This document shows positions 1 through 12,689 of a DNA stretch of 64,000 nucleotides, piece after piece. Origin of the DNA: Camelus ferus. Its lineage: Eukaryota. Made by a program: the position numbers and the translations under genes. Each line of letters starts with the position of its first letter. Within the stretch, counting starts at the first letter, position 1. The DNA is taken from positions 90,460,001-90,524,000 of the forward strand of contig NC_045696.1 of the NCBI RefSeq assembly GCF_009834535.1. The letters run 5' to 3'. Under the pieces are notes generated by a model. That model had not been told where the DNA came from and ran no database searches. It was given only the letters and a program-made list of their open reading frames with translations.

Positions 1-94
1 GCAGCTGCATGCCAATTCAATTTGCTTAAGCTAATGAAAAATAAATATTTTTCAGAAAATACTGCTAAAATGGTTTGTGTCTTACGATACGAAC

Positions 95-136
95 CATACC
101 ACCAAAACTGCCAAAAGGCACAAGGGAACGCATTGC
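95..136 (-). CDS. MLF1: MLF1 small in-frame cassette exon (42 nt)
   Basis: ttttttccctag|GCA ATG CGT TCC CTT GTG CCT TTT GGC AGT TTT GGT GGT ATG|gttcgt encodes AMRSLVPFGSFGGM, resembling the alternatively spliced MLF1 segment recalled as ATSCSLVPFGDFGGM. Phase 0-0. Confidence 0.85.
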
Positions 137-2445
137 CTAGGGAAAAAAATCCAATTAATTTTGGTTATGATATTTGTTACATGATAACCTCTGAAAAAGA
201 AGTGTACTGCATTAATCACATAGTTCAGAGCTAACCAAGTCATAGAATTTTTTAATCAAAAAAACTTCAACATATATTTAAAACTTTTTCTGCTTATTAC
301 TCATGGTCGAGCCTGACAGGAGCCTGGCAGGCAAACAGGGAAGCCTCATGTCACTCGTAAACAAGACTACTCTAGTATTAGTTATTAATATAAAGGCAGT
401 TCAAAGACAAAGTATTTGCTATGGATGGAGACAAACATTTCTCAAAAGAAATGCAAATTCACACAAAAATTGAAACATAAGATACAATGATTAAGATTAT
501 ATCTTTCTTTTGCTCAACTGTTCCATCTTTTTAAAAAAAAAATCAGTTAATCTTGCTGGTAATCAATTAAAAATAAAAGTATCTACACTAACAACATTTT
601 AAAAGATTAGTAGAGATATTGGGCACAAAAATTAATGAATACTTCCTAAGAACTAATTTATGGAATAAAAAAATGTAGACTTCAGCAAGGCTTACATGCA
701 GATTTTAAAATATTTGGTCTGTGATAGGGAAAAGAACAGTAAATATAATAGATGAAATGATCAAAATTATAGTTCATAAACTGTATTCCTTAATAGGTAC
801 AGATGGATAAAAATAAATTTTTAGATGTGTATACAAATTAAAAACTTTTATTACTTGGAAGTTTCAAATGTTGAAAATAAATTTTGAATTTCTTTGTAAA
901 AGGTATATACAAGGTTTTATAATCATTCAGTGAAAGATAATTTTCTCCCTGTGTAAGTTATATTGAAAACTAGAGAAAACTGTGTGTTTATATTAAATTT
1001 TATAATAAATTATATCATATGATATATACTTATACTGTATATCTAGAACAGTAATCTCCAAAGTATATTAGAAGCACCAATAAAATTTCTCTTTCTATTT
1101 CTTTGTACTAAAATGAAAAACAGATTTCAGATTGACTCTGGCATTATCTCTCAGTCTAAGTGTCAGAAGAGCACATGTCATAATCTGAATTATAGATTGC
1201 CTAATTAAATAAATTTACAGATTAAATGACCTAGCTGCAAATAAAACCAATCCTCCCAAAATGGACAACTGGCTTAAAAATATCCCAAAAAAGAAATCAT
1301 TACCTGAGGAAAATGCTAATAACACAAACACAATAAAGTGGCAGAGCTGCTGCTTCTCCTACTTTTATAGGAGTCTTTGTTTTCCTTCACAATATGGCTG
1401 ATAAAGATGACAAATGTCAAGAAATGGGCCAAAAACAGAAAAAATTATCAAGGTGTCTATTTGAAATATAAATTTTCATCCATTATGCTTAAAAGGATCA
1501 GTATAATGACTTGCTACTTCATCAACACACTCATTTTAAAATTTATAACTTCATGAAAAGAGAAAAAAGAAAGCTTTGTATAAATCGTTGTTAAAAGTTC
1601 AAACAGAACAGCTAGCATGCTCAAAAAGCCTACTGTTTTCTTGGCTATGTTCTTTTCAAACTAGGCAGCAGTCTTTTCCATTTTCTGCAGTTTCGAACTT
1701 CGAATATCTTTACATCTACTTACAAAACACTGACTTAGAAAAGTCAAGTTGGGATAGAGATCTTTTGTTGTTATTGTTGTTTGGTTTTTTATTTCTTTTA
1801 ATTTCTTTTAGTTTCAGTATGACATAAGTCTTTCATACTGAGCTATAAACATGTCAGAAAAACATGTCAGGAAAAAAAGGAAAGTCGTATTTCACCAGTA
1901 TACATTTTTAAAAAAATGAGTTTTGGCTAAAAGAGAAGCTGAATGTTCCTTGGAAAACCTGCTGCAACTGGATGAAGTTCCTACATTTAAAAAATTACTA
2001 CTGTCCTTCAACTGCCCTAGGACAATGCTCAGTGCTCTTGTTTGGCAAAGGATGTTCAAACTTCGAAAAAAATGCATTGGTGTCAGCTTTCCAAGATAGC
2101 TGATACTGTATAATGTAACTGAAGAAAAATATATATGACTTGATTTTAGATGTAAGAGGCAAGTAAATCCTACCTAGCAGTATTTACTATCTAAAAAGTT
2201 ATAAAACTCAAGGTTTTAGGAAATGGTTTGGTCTAAATCTGATATAGTGAAAACTACCATTTACTTTTTATTTAGTAGGTCGATGAATACTGCAGTTTTT
2301 CTTGGGAAAATGTTGAAAGATATTAAATTTAAAAATAAGATGATAGGTTCATATATAGGCGATCAGTGCTCTTAACTCAGCATTGGCTAAAAAAAAAGCT
2401 TAAGGCTTTGGAGCCTATTTGAATATCATCATGCCCTCCATTAAG

Positions 2446-2772
2446 GCAGCCACTAGCCACATGCGGCTATTTAAATTTAAAAATAATTAGAATTAAGGGC
2501 GAGGGTGTAGCTCAGTGGGAGAGCACATGCTTAGCATGCACAAGGTCCTGGGTTCAATCCCCAGTATTTCCATCAAAATAAAACAAATACATTATTTAAA
2601 TAAACCCAACTGCCCCCCTCCCCAAATAATTAGAATTAAATCAAAAATTCAGTTCCTCAGGTACCACTAGGCATATTTCAAGTACTCAGTAGCCATCTGT
2701 GGCTGGTGGTTACCATACTGGACAGGGTAGATTTAGAGCATTTCCATCATCCAGAAAGTTCTGTTGGATGCT
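2446..2772. mobile_element. MER3/MER33-like hAT-Charlie DNA transposon relic (split by the SINE)
   Basis: gcagccactagccacatgcggctattt...aaaattcagttcctcag...catatttcaagtactcagtagcca...catttccatcatccagaaagttctgttgga is typical MER3/MER33 sequence. Confidence 0.8.
2497..2623 (+). mobile_element. tRNA-derived SINE (camelid Vic-1-like) with perfect 16-bp TSD
   Basis: GGGCGAGGGTGTAGCTCAGTGG...GGTCCTGGGTTCAATCCCCAG (A/B boxes), flanked by aaataattagaattaa at 2481-2496 and 2624-2639. Inserted inside a MER3-like element. Confidence 0.9.
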
Positions 2773-4451
2773 ACATACTTCAGCCTATAGATATGGGTCA
2801 TAATCTGAGAGAAAAGTTAATTTATGCCTATAAATTGGACAAGGTTGCACCTATTTCACTTTTTCATTCAAATGTTGGTCGTGGCCTTCCTTTATATTCA
2901 GAATTGTTTATCTACTTGACTTTCTTTATTCAATCTTCACATTTACACAATCATATTACTTCAGCTATGTGGGTTTTTTTGGTTCCCAAAACTTGATTTC
3001 AAGCCACACTGGCAAGGCAAATATGAGGCAAGCTAAAATACAAACAGTTCTAAATTATAAATCTTACAAAGTGGTTTCATGGAAATTTATCTCTTTGTTT
3101 GGTTATATATTTCTTATTCCAGCTCACTAAACATTCAGATGTTTTAAACAAGTAGCCAGGAAAGAAACAGTTCTACTTCCAGTGGGTGACCAGCAGAGTT
3201 ACAGCTGATGTGACAGGCATTTGCAATGAGATCTTTACAGATGAACTATAAACAACTCTCTTTTCTATGCTTACAAGGGAATAAAATCATCACTTCTTGC
3301 TTCTTCCACAAAGGTTATGAGTAGCTCATTTATGCACATAAATACAAATACTATGTACAGCCCTACTCTTCCTTGCTAGTTATATGGTTATGGTTGGATG
3401 GTTGTGTGGCTATAGCAAATTATAAAATATTTCAATGCTCACATGAAAGGTAAAATTTCAGAATGTCATAATTGATTTGATATTTTCTGCCCTCTTTGAT
3501 AATTTTTCCTTTGAACTTAACTTTAGACATTTATGGAAATTTATAGTCCTAAAATTTAAAAAATATATATGATACCACAATTAACTAATTAAAAAAACTA
3601 ATTGGAATGTGAATAACATATATATTGGAATAATATGCATATGAAAATGTAAGGATTACTTTTATTTAAATGAAAAATGCAACTTTATCCAAAACTTCTT
3701 AGGAGTATTTGAAACATTTTGTTCTATTTAAGATTATTGCAAACAGAAAATAAGAAAAAATTTTCTAGAAGATTCTGAAAGTTTCCCAATTGACTAACTC
3801 ATATTTACTGAGCTCTAAAAATCTACATTTCAGTTGCAGAGATTTATCTTTTAGAAACTTTTGTGAATTTGTTGTACTAGAACTTCCATTCCTGAGGCTG
3901 AAAAAGCAATACAAATAAAATAAGCAGGAAAGAAATTAGTTAAGGTATATAAATATCCTAGGTTTTTTGGGGGGGCGGTTTGAGCTGAGTATGGTTTGTA
4001 ACCTTTTAGCTTTGCTCTCAGACAAGACTATAAAAACATATTGTAGTTATACAAGGCTTTTGGATATAGTTAAAAGTTAATCTAAGTTTTGAAGGTCCAA
4101 GGTAGCCATGAAGAAGACTGGTTTTTCCTGGCCCAACGGAGATAAGCATATACTATAGCTTTGGATGCTATTTTAAAGCAGAAAAAAAGTGTTGTAGGGG
4201 ACAGGAAGGATATTTCCCTGTCTGTTCTAATTTGATACATGGGAGTAAATTATAAGGTGAGAGAAAAAACCTATATATATATAGAAAACAATGCTTTAAG
4301 TTTGACTTATAATTTATAACTCTACCGTGTTAAAAGTTTTGGTAGCACAGTAGAATGCTATACAATTAAAAAAGCATTGTTAAAAGAATTGAGCTTTCCC
4401 ATAGTTCCCTCGTAACAGTTTTCTTCACTAACTTTAAAGTAAAGAACTTAC

Positions 4452-4599
4452 AGTCAAGGAATTTTCACCATCCTCATGTCCCGTATGATTACGAGCTCTT
4501 CCTCTACCATCAGTGATGCCGAACAAGTCTCTTCCGAAAGGTTCAGAGAAATTTCTCATCATCTGTCGCATACTTTCTCGGTGTGCAATAAAAGAATCA
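4452..4599 (-). CDS. MLF1: MLF1 coding exon 2
   Basis: ttttcaacag|TGATTC...TTGACT|gtaag, 148 nt, in phase with exon 1. Encodes (S)DSFIAHRESMRQMMRNFSEPFGRDLFGITDGRGRARNHTGHEDGENSLT, clearly MLF1. Confidence 0.97.
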
Positions 4600-6224
4600 C
4601 TGTTGAAAATACATGTAATCGTGTAAGAGTAAGTGTTGGAATTTAAATAGTAAGTAGGCAGCTTAATACTACAAAGAATTATTTTGAACTAATATGCTTG
4701 TTAAAGAGACAAAGGAAGAATTTAGGAGAATAGATTTATCCCATAAAGACTCACTATTCACTAATACAAAACCTGTTCTATTTGTTATCTACCATATTCA
4801 CTTGTGTATAATAGTTAAAATACATGTTTATTTATCCCTTACTGTATAAAGTTGATAAACACAAAGTAACACATCTCAGGTGGCTTAAGTCCGCACTAAA
4901 GGAAACTGCAAAAAAAGGACTCTGAAAGATACTGCTACCAGGTACAGGTCACTTTGGGCAGTCAACAATATAAATTCTAGCGAGAGCTAATAAAGAATGC
5001 TGACTTGTTTATTTTTGTAACTCTTATTTATGGAATGTGAGCATTGAGAACTATACCTATGTTATGAACACCATGAAGATACAACATTATTTTAGTAAAG
5101 ACAAAGCTGCAGATCACCTCTCTGAGGCGAACTTTTGTTTCTAAGAATTCTAAATACTAGAAATCACCACATAGTAAAAATATCTTCTGTCTCAAGATAG
5201 TGATTCTCAAATTATTTTTGAAGTTACCAATCAACTAGTGAACAGGTTAGAAATGCAAGTTCCTGGCACCCCTCGCCCCCAACCTCCTAACTGAATTCAC
5301 TAGCTCTGGGTGTGGTTTGTGGACATGCATCACTAGCGATCATAACTCATGTAGTCCTTCAGGAGCCTTTGAGGAATATGCCCCTTCTGTGTCTATAGTG
5401 CCTTAATTAATTAGGATTCACAGCTTTCCTTCTAAGTTTCCACAGCTGTAAAATGAGGCTACTATCACATATCCCTGCTGTGGAGATTAAATCATGTAAT
5501 CTGAAATCAGGCACAAAGTACGGTATCATATAGTTTGTTGAATGCTAATTTCCTGTATCTTCTTAGCTCATGTATGAATGCCACTCCCTTTTATTCTATT
5601 ATCAAATACTTCTAATAAAAAAGCGATGTATTTTATTTAAAAACACATAAAGCAATAATCACACTCCAGGCCCTCTTCTTCGTGCCATATAAATATCCAT
5701 GTTTTTAATCTGATGTTGTTCCATTTATCTCAAATCTCAATCAAGAATCTAAAAGTTTTTGCCTTATCACAGTGGTAATGTCATTTCTGTTGGAAAGTCA
5801 CTGACCCATTGGTCAATTCCTTGTTACTCATCCTAGAACTTAAGGCACATCACCACTGGTGCTCACTTTACCAAGGCAACCTTATTCTTCCCTGTAGCCC
5901 CCTGTTAGGACTGAAGCCCCTCATAGTTTGCTCTCCTTTTAGACTTCACCTCACTTTCATCTGCCTTAGGTCACCCGCTTCTAATTATAAATTCTAATCT
6001 TCTGATGTGATCATGAGAAAGCTCGAAAATTCCATCTTCCTTCAGTTCCAGGCAGAAAGAGCTTCTCTGAGTTCTGCAGTATTTATATACATAAACCTAT
6101 CCCAAGGGAGCTCAGATTTATTCATATGTAACCTTGGAGGTTAAAAAAGAAAAAGCTTCAAGTGCAATTCATGAGCAAGCCACTTAACTGGATTTGTGTG
6201 TGTTTGTGTTTACTAAGAGGTTTT

Positions 6225-6965
6225 TTGTTTTAATTCAGCTTTGCTTAGGTATAATTTACATACAGTGAAATTTATCCATTTTAAATGTACAGTTTGATGA
6301 ATTTTGAAAAATGTATAGTCACAACCACCACCACAATCAAGCTGTAGAAAATTTCCATCGCCCTCAAAGTGCCCTCTTGCTCCTTTGCAGATAATTACCT
6401 CCATCCAACCCTAGTTACCACTGACAGGCTTTCTGTCACTACAGTTTTGTCTTTTTCAGAATTTCACGTAATGGAATCAGACATTATGTTGTCTTCTGCG
6501 TCTAGCTGCTTTCAGTCAGCATAATGCTTCTGTGATTCATCCATGTTATCTGTAGTTCATTCCATTTATCAGCAGTTTACTTAAAGTGTTATTGCTAGGT
6601 CCATTGTATACGTATGATTTACATTACAATATTATTACAAAACTGTTTCTAGTTTTTGGCTATTATGAATAAAGCTTCTTTGTGTATACACAGTTAACAT
6701 TTCTCTTGAGTAAAATACCTAGGAGTGGGATTGCTGGGTTGTATGGTAAGAGTGTGTTGAACTTTAAAAAAAGGTAAACTGACAGTTCCAGTGGGCTACA
6801 TTCTTGCTAACACTTGGTATTGTCAGTCTTTTTAATTTTAGCCATTTCAGTGGTGGTATAATAATATCCCATTGGGGTTTTATTCTATATTACATGGCAT
6901 TCAGATACCTTCTTTGATAGAACATCTGTTCAAATTTTCCTCCATTTAAAAAACCAGGTTGTTTG
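6225..6965 (-). mobile_element. Old L1M (L1MB/ME-type) 3' fragment
   Basis: aggtataatttacatacagtgaaatttatccattttaaatgtacagtttgatgaattttg...cctaggagtgggattgctgggttgtatggtaag are reverse-complement hallmarks of the L1 3' UTR and ORF2 end. Confidence 0.8.
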
Positions 6966-6974
6966 TCTTACTGT

Positions 6975-7390
6975 TATGGAGTTGTAGGAGGTCAGAAGCC
7001 CAGAATAGGTATCACTTGGCTAGAATCAGTGTGCTGGCAGGGCTATGTTCCTTCTGGAGGCTGCAGGGAAAAATTTGTTTCCTTGCCTTTTTTATTTTCT
7101 AGAGACTGCTTGCATTCCTCGGCTTGTGGCCCCTTTCCCCATTTTCAAAGCCTGCAGCATAACATTCTCAAATCTCTCTCTGATGTGTCCATATTTTTAA
7201 ATGACTCGTGTGATTAAATTGAGCCCACCTGGATAATCCAGGTTACTCTCCTATTTTAAGGTTAGCTGATTAACACCCTTACTTCCATCTATAACCTTAA
7301 TTGCCCCCTCCCATGTAAAATGACACACTCACAGCTTCTGGGGATTAGGATGTGGACATCTTTAAGGGGGCACTATTCTGTCTACCATAG
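6975..7390. mobile_element. MaLR solo LTR (MLT1C/D-like)
   Basis: ggaggtcagaagccc...ggcagggctatgttccttctggaggc...cccacctggataatccagg...gggattaggatgtggacatcttt...cactattctgtctacca. Confidence 0.8.
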
Positions 7391-8844
7391 ACATATTCCT
7401 AAAATCACAGTATTTAAAGCAATTTCCAACTGTTTCTGCCAGTCCACATAAAATAGTCTTAGAAGACTGAAAAGCTACAAAATACAGCTTGTGATTAACC
7501 TGGCACTCATGCTGAATGGGATGTCTAGAGCTGATGATAGAGACAAGAGATTAGAGAACATAAACCTGAATTAGGACCAGCCAAAAGAGACTCTGAAAGC
7601 ACCAGCTTCTGAAGAAGTATCCACTCCAATGGCAGCATTCTCTCTGCACTGATGGCCTGATTTGTAACTATTACTTCTTGTTACAATTCAAAGGGACGTT
7701 TGAAGTCCTTTATTAGACTACTAAATGATTACAAAGGGTTTTTTTAAGTAATCAATTTATGATCCATGTCAATGAAAACTTTCTGTTCTTGCTGTACCAA
7801 AGAAAGGCTGCTATTATACTTCCCCTCTCCCTCCCCTCGCCATGTTCCCGATACTCTTCCAGCTACTATTTCCTTTTCTTTAGTTCTTACAACCTTCCAA
7901 CAGTCCCCTATGCTTGTGTCCTTTACTTCCTTGTAGCTCATTCCCTTTACTTCTTCTTAAATGCCTTTTTCCTTCCCTTTACCTCTGCATTAAAACTCCA
8001 TGGATTCCCTTAACCTTCCAATTACTAATACCCAAAGGTTGTCCCTACCCCTTGAATTCTCAGCAGCATCTGTTAACTTCAGGGGCAGTGCACTGTTCTC
8101 AGCCTTGTTTGATAAATTTTTCCTTTAAATTCTCCCTTCCTTCTCACCCTTGACAGAGCTGCCTTAGCATGAGATAGGTTACTGGTGGGTCAAAATGTTG
8201 ATACCGTATCCCTGGGGCAACAGCCAGGTGGGCCTGAACCCTCGAAAGCCCTGGGGCTGCTTACTTCCAGCTTCCATCAGTCTCTCCTTGTACCCCAAGG
8301 TGCTTTGCAAATGTTTTCTACTTGTGAATGATGTTAAAATGCTGAGAAGCACTGCCCTCTAAAGACTTAATTTCTCTGGACTTTACCTGGTCTTTTTTCT
8401 CCCCTCTGTGGATTCTTTCTATTAACTTGACCATGTTTCAAAGTCCCCAGAGGCACTCAGTAAAATGCAGATTCCTGACACATACACCAGGGATTTTTGA
8501 GTCAGTATTCTGGAGCGTGGCCCAGTAATCTGCATTCCAACAAGCCTTTCAAGAACCCTAATGCAGATGTTCTAAGGACCTCAAATGAATAAACATTAAT
8601 CAATCCTCTTCAACCATTTTATCACGGACCTCTAGTTCAATTTTTGCTTGTTTTGATGCAAATGGTCTCCATTTATTTAACAAACATATACTGAATACCC
8701 ATGTAAAAGGCACTGTGCCAGGCAGTGGGGACAGAGCCCTGACCAGGAAGTTGTAATACTTTCTGAAGTACTCAGAGTATAAATTGCAAATAATGATAAA
8801 TTATTGAGCATTTGCCTACTTCTATCCAAGTAAGTCTTTGTGTT

Positions 8845-10295
8845 TACTGAAGTATAGTTGATTTACAATATTATATATTAGTTTCAGGTGTTTTAATTAC
8901 CATAGTTTTGAAGTATAGTTTGAAGTCAAGGAGCATGATGCCTCCAGCTTTGTTCCTTTTCCTCAGGATTGCTTTGACTATTCAGGATTTTTGTGGTTCC
9001 ATGTACATTTTAGGATTTGCTTTAGTTCTATGAAAAACGTTATGAGTATTTTGATAGGGATTACATTAAATCTGTAGATTGCTTTGGCTAGTATGGACAT
9101 TTTAAAACTTTTATTCGTATCATCTTCAATTTCCTTCATCAATATCTTATAGTTTTCAGAGTATAGTTCTTTCACTTCCTTGATTAAGTTTATTCCTAGG
9201 TATTTTACTCTTTTAAATGTGATTTTAAATGGGATTGCTTTCTTGCTTTCTCTGACATTTCATTGTTATAGAAAAGCAACAGATTTCTATAAGTTAATCT
9301 TGTATCCTGCAACTTCATTGAATTCATTTATTCTAATAGTTTTTTGGTGGAGACGTTAGGGTTCTCTATATATTGTCCATGTCATCTGTAAACAGTGACA
9401 GTTTTACTTTTTCCCTTCCAATCTGGGAGACTTTTTCTTTTTTTTTCTTTTTCTTTTTCTTTTCTGATTGCTGTAGCTAGCCCTTCCATTACTATGTTAA
9501 CTAGAAGTGGCAAGAGAAGGCTGTTCCTGATTTTAGAGGAAAAGCTTTTAGATTTTTACCATTGAGTAATGTTAGCTGTGGGTTTGTCATATATGGCCTT
9601 TATTATGTTGAGATACGTTCTCTGTATACCAACTTTGATGACAGCTTTTATTATGAATGGATATTGAGTTTTATCAAATGTTTCTTCAGCATCTAATGAG
9701 ATAATCATGTGATTTTTATCTTTCCTTTTGTTAATGTGGCATATCACACTGATGGATTTGCAGATACTGAACCATTCTTGTATTCCTGGAATAAATCCCA
9801 CTTGATCGTGGTGTATGATGCTTTTTATATAGTGTTGAATTCAGTTTGCTAATATTTTATTGCAGATTTTTGAATCTATATTGATCAGAAATATTGGCCT
9901 GTAATTCTTTTTATAGTGTCTTTGTCTAGTTCTGGTATCAGGGTGATAGTAGCCCATTAGAATGAGTTTGAGAGTGTTCCCCCCTCATTTTTTTTTTTTT
10001 TGAAATGGTTTGATAAGGATAGGTATTAGCTCTTCTTTATACATTTGGTAGAATTCCCCTGTGAAGCCATCTGATCCTGGACTTCTATTGGCTGGGAGTT
10101 TTTGATTACTAATTCAATTTCACTATTAATGATCAGTTTCTTCAGACTATCTACTTCTTCCTGATTCAGTCTCGGAGGTTTGTATGTCTTTAGAAAATAT
10201 CCATTTCTTCTAGATGTCCAATTTGTTGGCATATAACTGTTTGTTGTATTATGATTTGTTTGTATCTGTGATACGCTTGTAGTTTCTCTTCTTTC
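8845..10295 (-). mobile_element. L1 ORF2 fragment (RT region), degenerate, with internal deletion
   Basis: ORF-track peptides [10 protein letters not shown]..., [10 protein letters not shown]... and ...PRLNQEEVDSL... are L1 ORF2. A short 3'-tip piece (about 8845-8891) is joined directly to ORF2 sequence. Confidence 0.9.
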
Positions 10296-12689
10296 AATCC
10301 TAAAAAATCATTTAACCTAACATTTCTAACATTGTCTTTTTCCTTAGCCAGCTTTTCTTCCTTATGTCTGTATTTCTGTTAAACACATAGTCATTATTCT
10401 CCAAGTCATCCAAATTCAAAACTTCAGGAACGAGCTGGCTGTTTGTTGGGTTTTTATCTGTCCTGTGTTAGCTCCAGGAGAGGAAAGGGTGAGGTCTGTT
10501 TCCATGGGAAGAATAAAGGAGATAGCAGGTCCTCTAGTTCAATCTCCCTCCATCAAGAAAAGTTGAGTTTGGTTTACTTCTGAATTACCATTAAATCTTT
10601 TTTTTTAAACAGTTCAGTGGCTTTTAGTATATTCACAATTGTGCAACCACTATTATTCCAGAACATTTTCATCACTTCAAAAAGAAATTCCATACCTGTT
10701 GGCAGTCTCCCGTCCTGTAGCCCTTGGCAGCCACAAACGTACTTTCTGCATTTGCATATTTTGGGCATTTCATGTACCATTGAATCTTTCATCTTATTAT
10801 TTTCTTCCTGGATTCTAACATCTAGTAATTTGAATAACTTGGAGCAGTCATATGTCTAAATTATTTTACACTCAAATTGACACGACGGCTTATCTGGGCA
10901 TAGAAATCTACATAATTTCCCCCTAGTATTTTGAAGACATTGCTTCATTATCTCCCTTATTTTTGCTTAAGTCTGATGACAATCTGGTTCTCATTATTTC
11001 TAAGAAATTTATAGTCTTCATAAGTTTATGATTTTTTAAAATATATTTTTATTATATTAAAATTACATTGTCATGGGTCCAAGTATAGAACTTTAAAAAA
11101 AGATCCTGTCAATCCTTAAATTTCCCTTTTCAATCAGAGTTCTAAGGATTTCAGCCTTTCTTTAGTTCTAGAAATTGTTCTTAAATTATTTTTTGGGGTG
11201 TGTATTTACTATTCTTTTTCTATCTGTCCCTTCCTTGTAGAAGTTTTAACCCTCTGTGATTTTTGTGCTGCATATTGAAAGAAATTTCTTGGCTTGGTTT
11301 CCCAGGTTACTAATACAGTCTTTGGTTGTGAACATTCTGCTTAACAGTTTTGTTTTGTTTTTTTAACTTTTAAGGTCAAATTTTAAATTTCTGTTTATCT
11401 CTGGTTAGTTGTTTTGTTTTGTTTTTTTAATGACTGCACTATCCTCTGACATCTCTGGAGCTCTTTCACATTTAGCCATATATTTAACATTTTTGACACT
11501 CTTCTTTCCTTAATATCCTAATATTAATAACTTGCCATGTGATATCATTTCTCTTCACTAAAGAACCTAAACATTTCTTGTTCTGCGGGTATGAATATTT
11601 GCAACAGGTTCTCTTAGTTTTATCAGAAAATAATTTATTTCACCCTTTATTCTTAAAGAATAGTTTCACAGATAAATCTAAGTTGTCAGGTTTTTTTTTC
11701 CCCCCTGCAGCGCTTTAAAAGTGTTTTATACTGTCTACTAGCCTCTGTTTTGTCTGGTGACAAGCCAAAGGTAATTCAAATTATTAGTCTCCTGTATACA
11801 GTTAATGTATTGTTTTCTTTTGTTTCAAGATTTTTCTTTTTATCTTTGGCTTTCAGAAGTTTGATTATGATGGATATATGCATAGTTTTCTTCATATTTA
11901 TCCTTATCCATATTTATCCTTATCCATATTTCCAGCTTCTTGACTCTCTAAAGTTTTATCTTTCACCAAACTAATTTGGTGATTTTCATTATTATTTCAA
12001 CTAATTTATATGCCTCATTCTCTTTATCCTCTTCTCCAACTACACCTATGTTAGATATTTTGATATTTTCCTACAAAAAATATTTTTATTTTTTTGTTTG
12101 TTTTCAGATTGATTTTTATTAACCTTCAAGTTCAGTGACTCTTTTCCTATGTCATCTCCATTCTACTGTTAAGCCCATCCAGTGAATATTTTCCTTAAAA
12201 ATATTGTATTTTTCAGTTCTAGATTTTCTATTTGGTTGTCATCATTCTCTAGTACCTTCTCCAGAAAGTTGTTTTTGTATTTCATCCTGCCATTATAGTG
12301 TTATCTCCAAGAGGGTTGGTACACTGGATCTTTCGTGGCCACACTCCTGAAGGTAATGGAGTCTCCTGAAGATATTAATTACACTTTCTATAGTCTTTGT
12401 TTCATTAGCTTTGTTTCCTTAAATGTTGGTTCTTCTGTTTGGTGAGCATAGCTTCTGTCTTTCATGATGTTACTTTTCCTCAAATACGTGCAATTTTTTT
12501 ACATATTTTGAACAAGATAAAGAAATTAATTTCAGAGCACAAATGCTTAAAAGTATTTCAAGTGACTTTATAGATATGAATTAGGAGGGAGAAGCTGTGC
12601 TTAGTTTGGCTCAGTATTTGAGATTTCCTATTTTCACATCCTCCCAAAACTCATTCAGTCCAAGGCCTAACAGACTACTCCACTGAAGC

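Noticed and set aside
1950..2090. Leucine-rich-repeat reading of LENLLQLDEVPTFKKLLLSFNCP (LxxLxLxxN), with vague LRRIQ3-like motifs at 15.2-16.9 kb
   Set aside because: Only one imperfect repeat. Adjacent in-phase exons show no LRR periodicity, whereas RGS-like motifs recur many times. Kept only as an alternative to test by HMM.
2497..2570. tRNA-like sequence (also at about 29.7 kb and 39.85 kb)
   Set aside because: Has a SINE body, TSDs and imperfect stems. These are retroposed SINEs, not tRNA genes.
5780..6005. Upstream extension of the relic frame with a repeated FHLP motif
   Set aside because: Stop density here is no lower than random, so there is not enough evidence.
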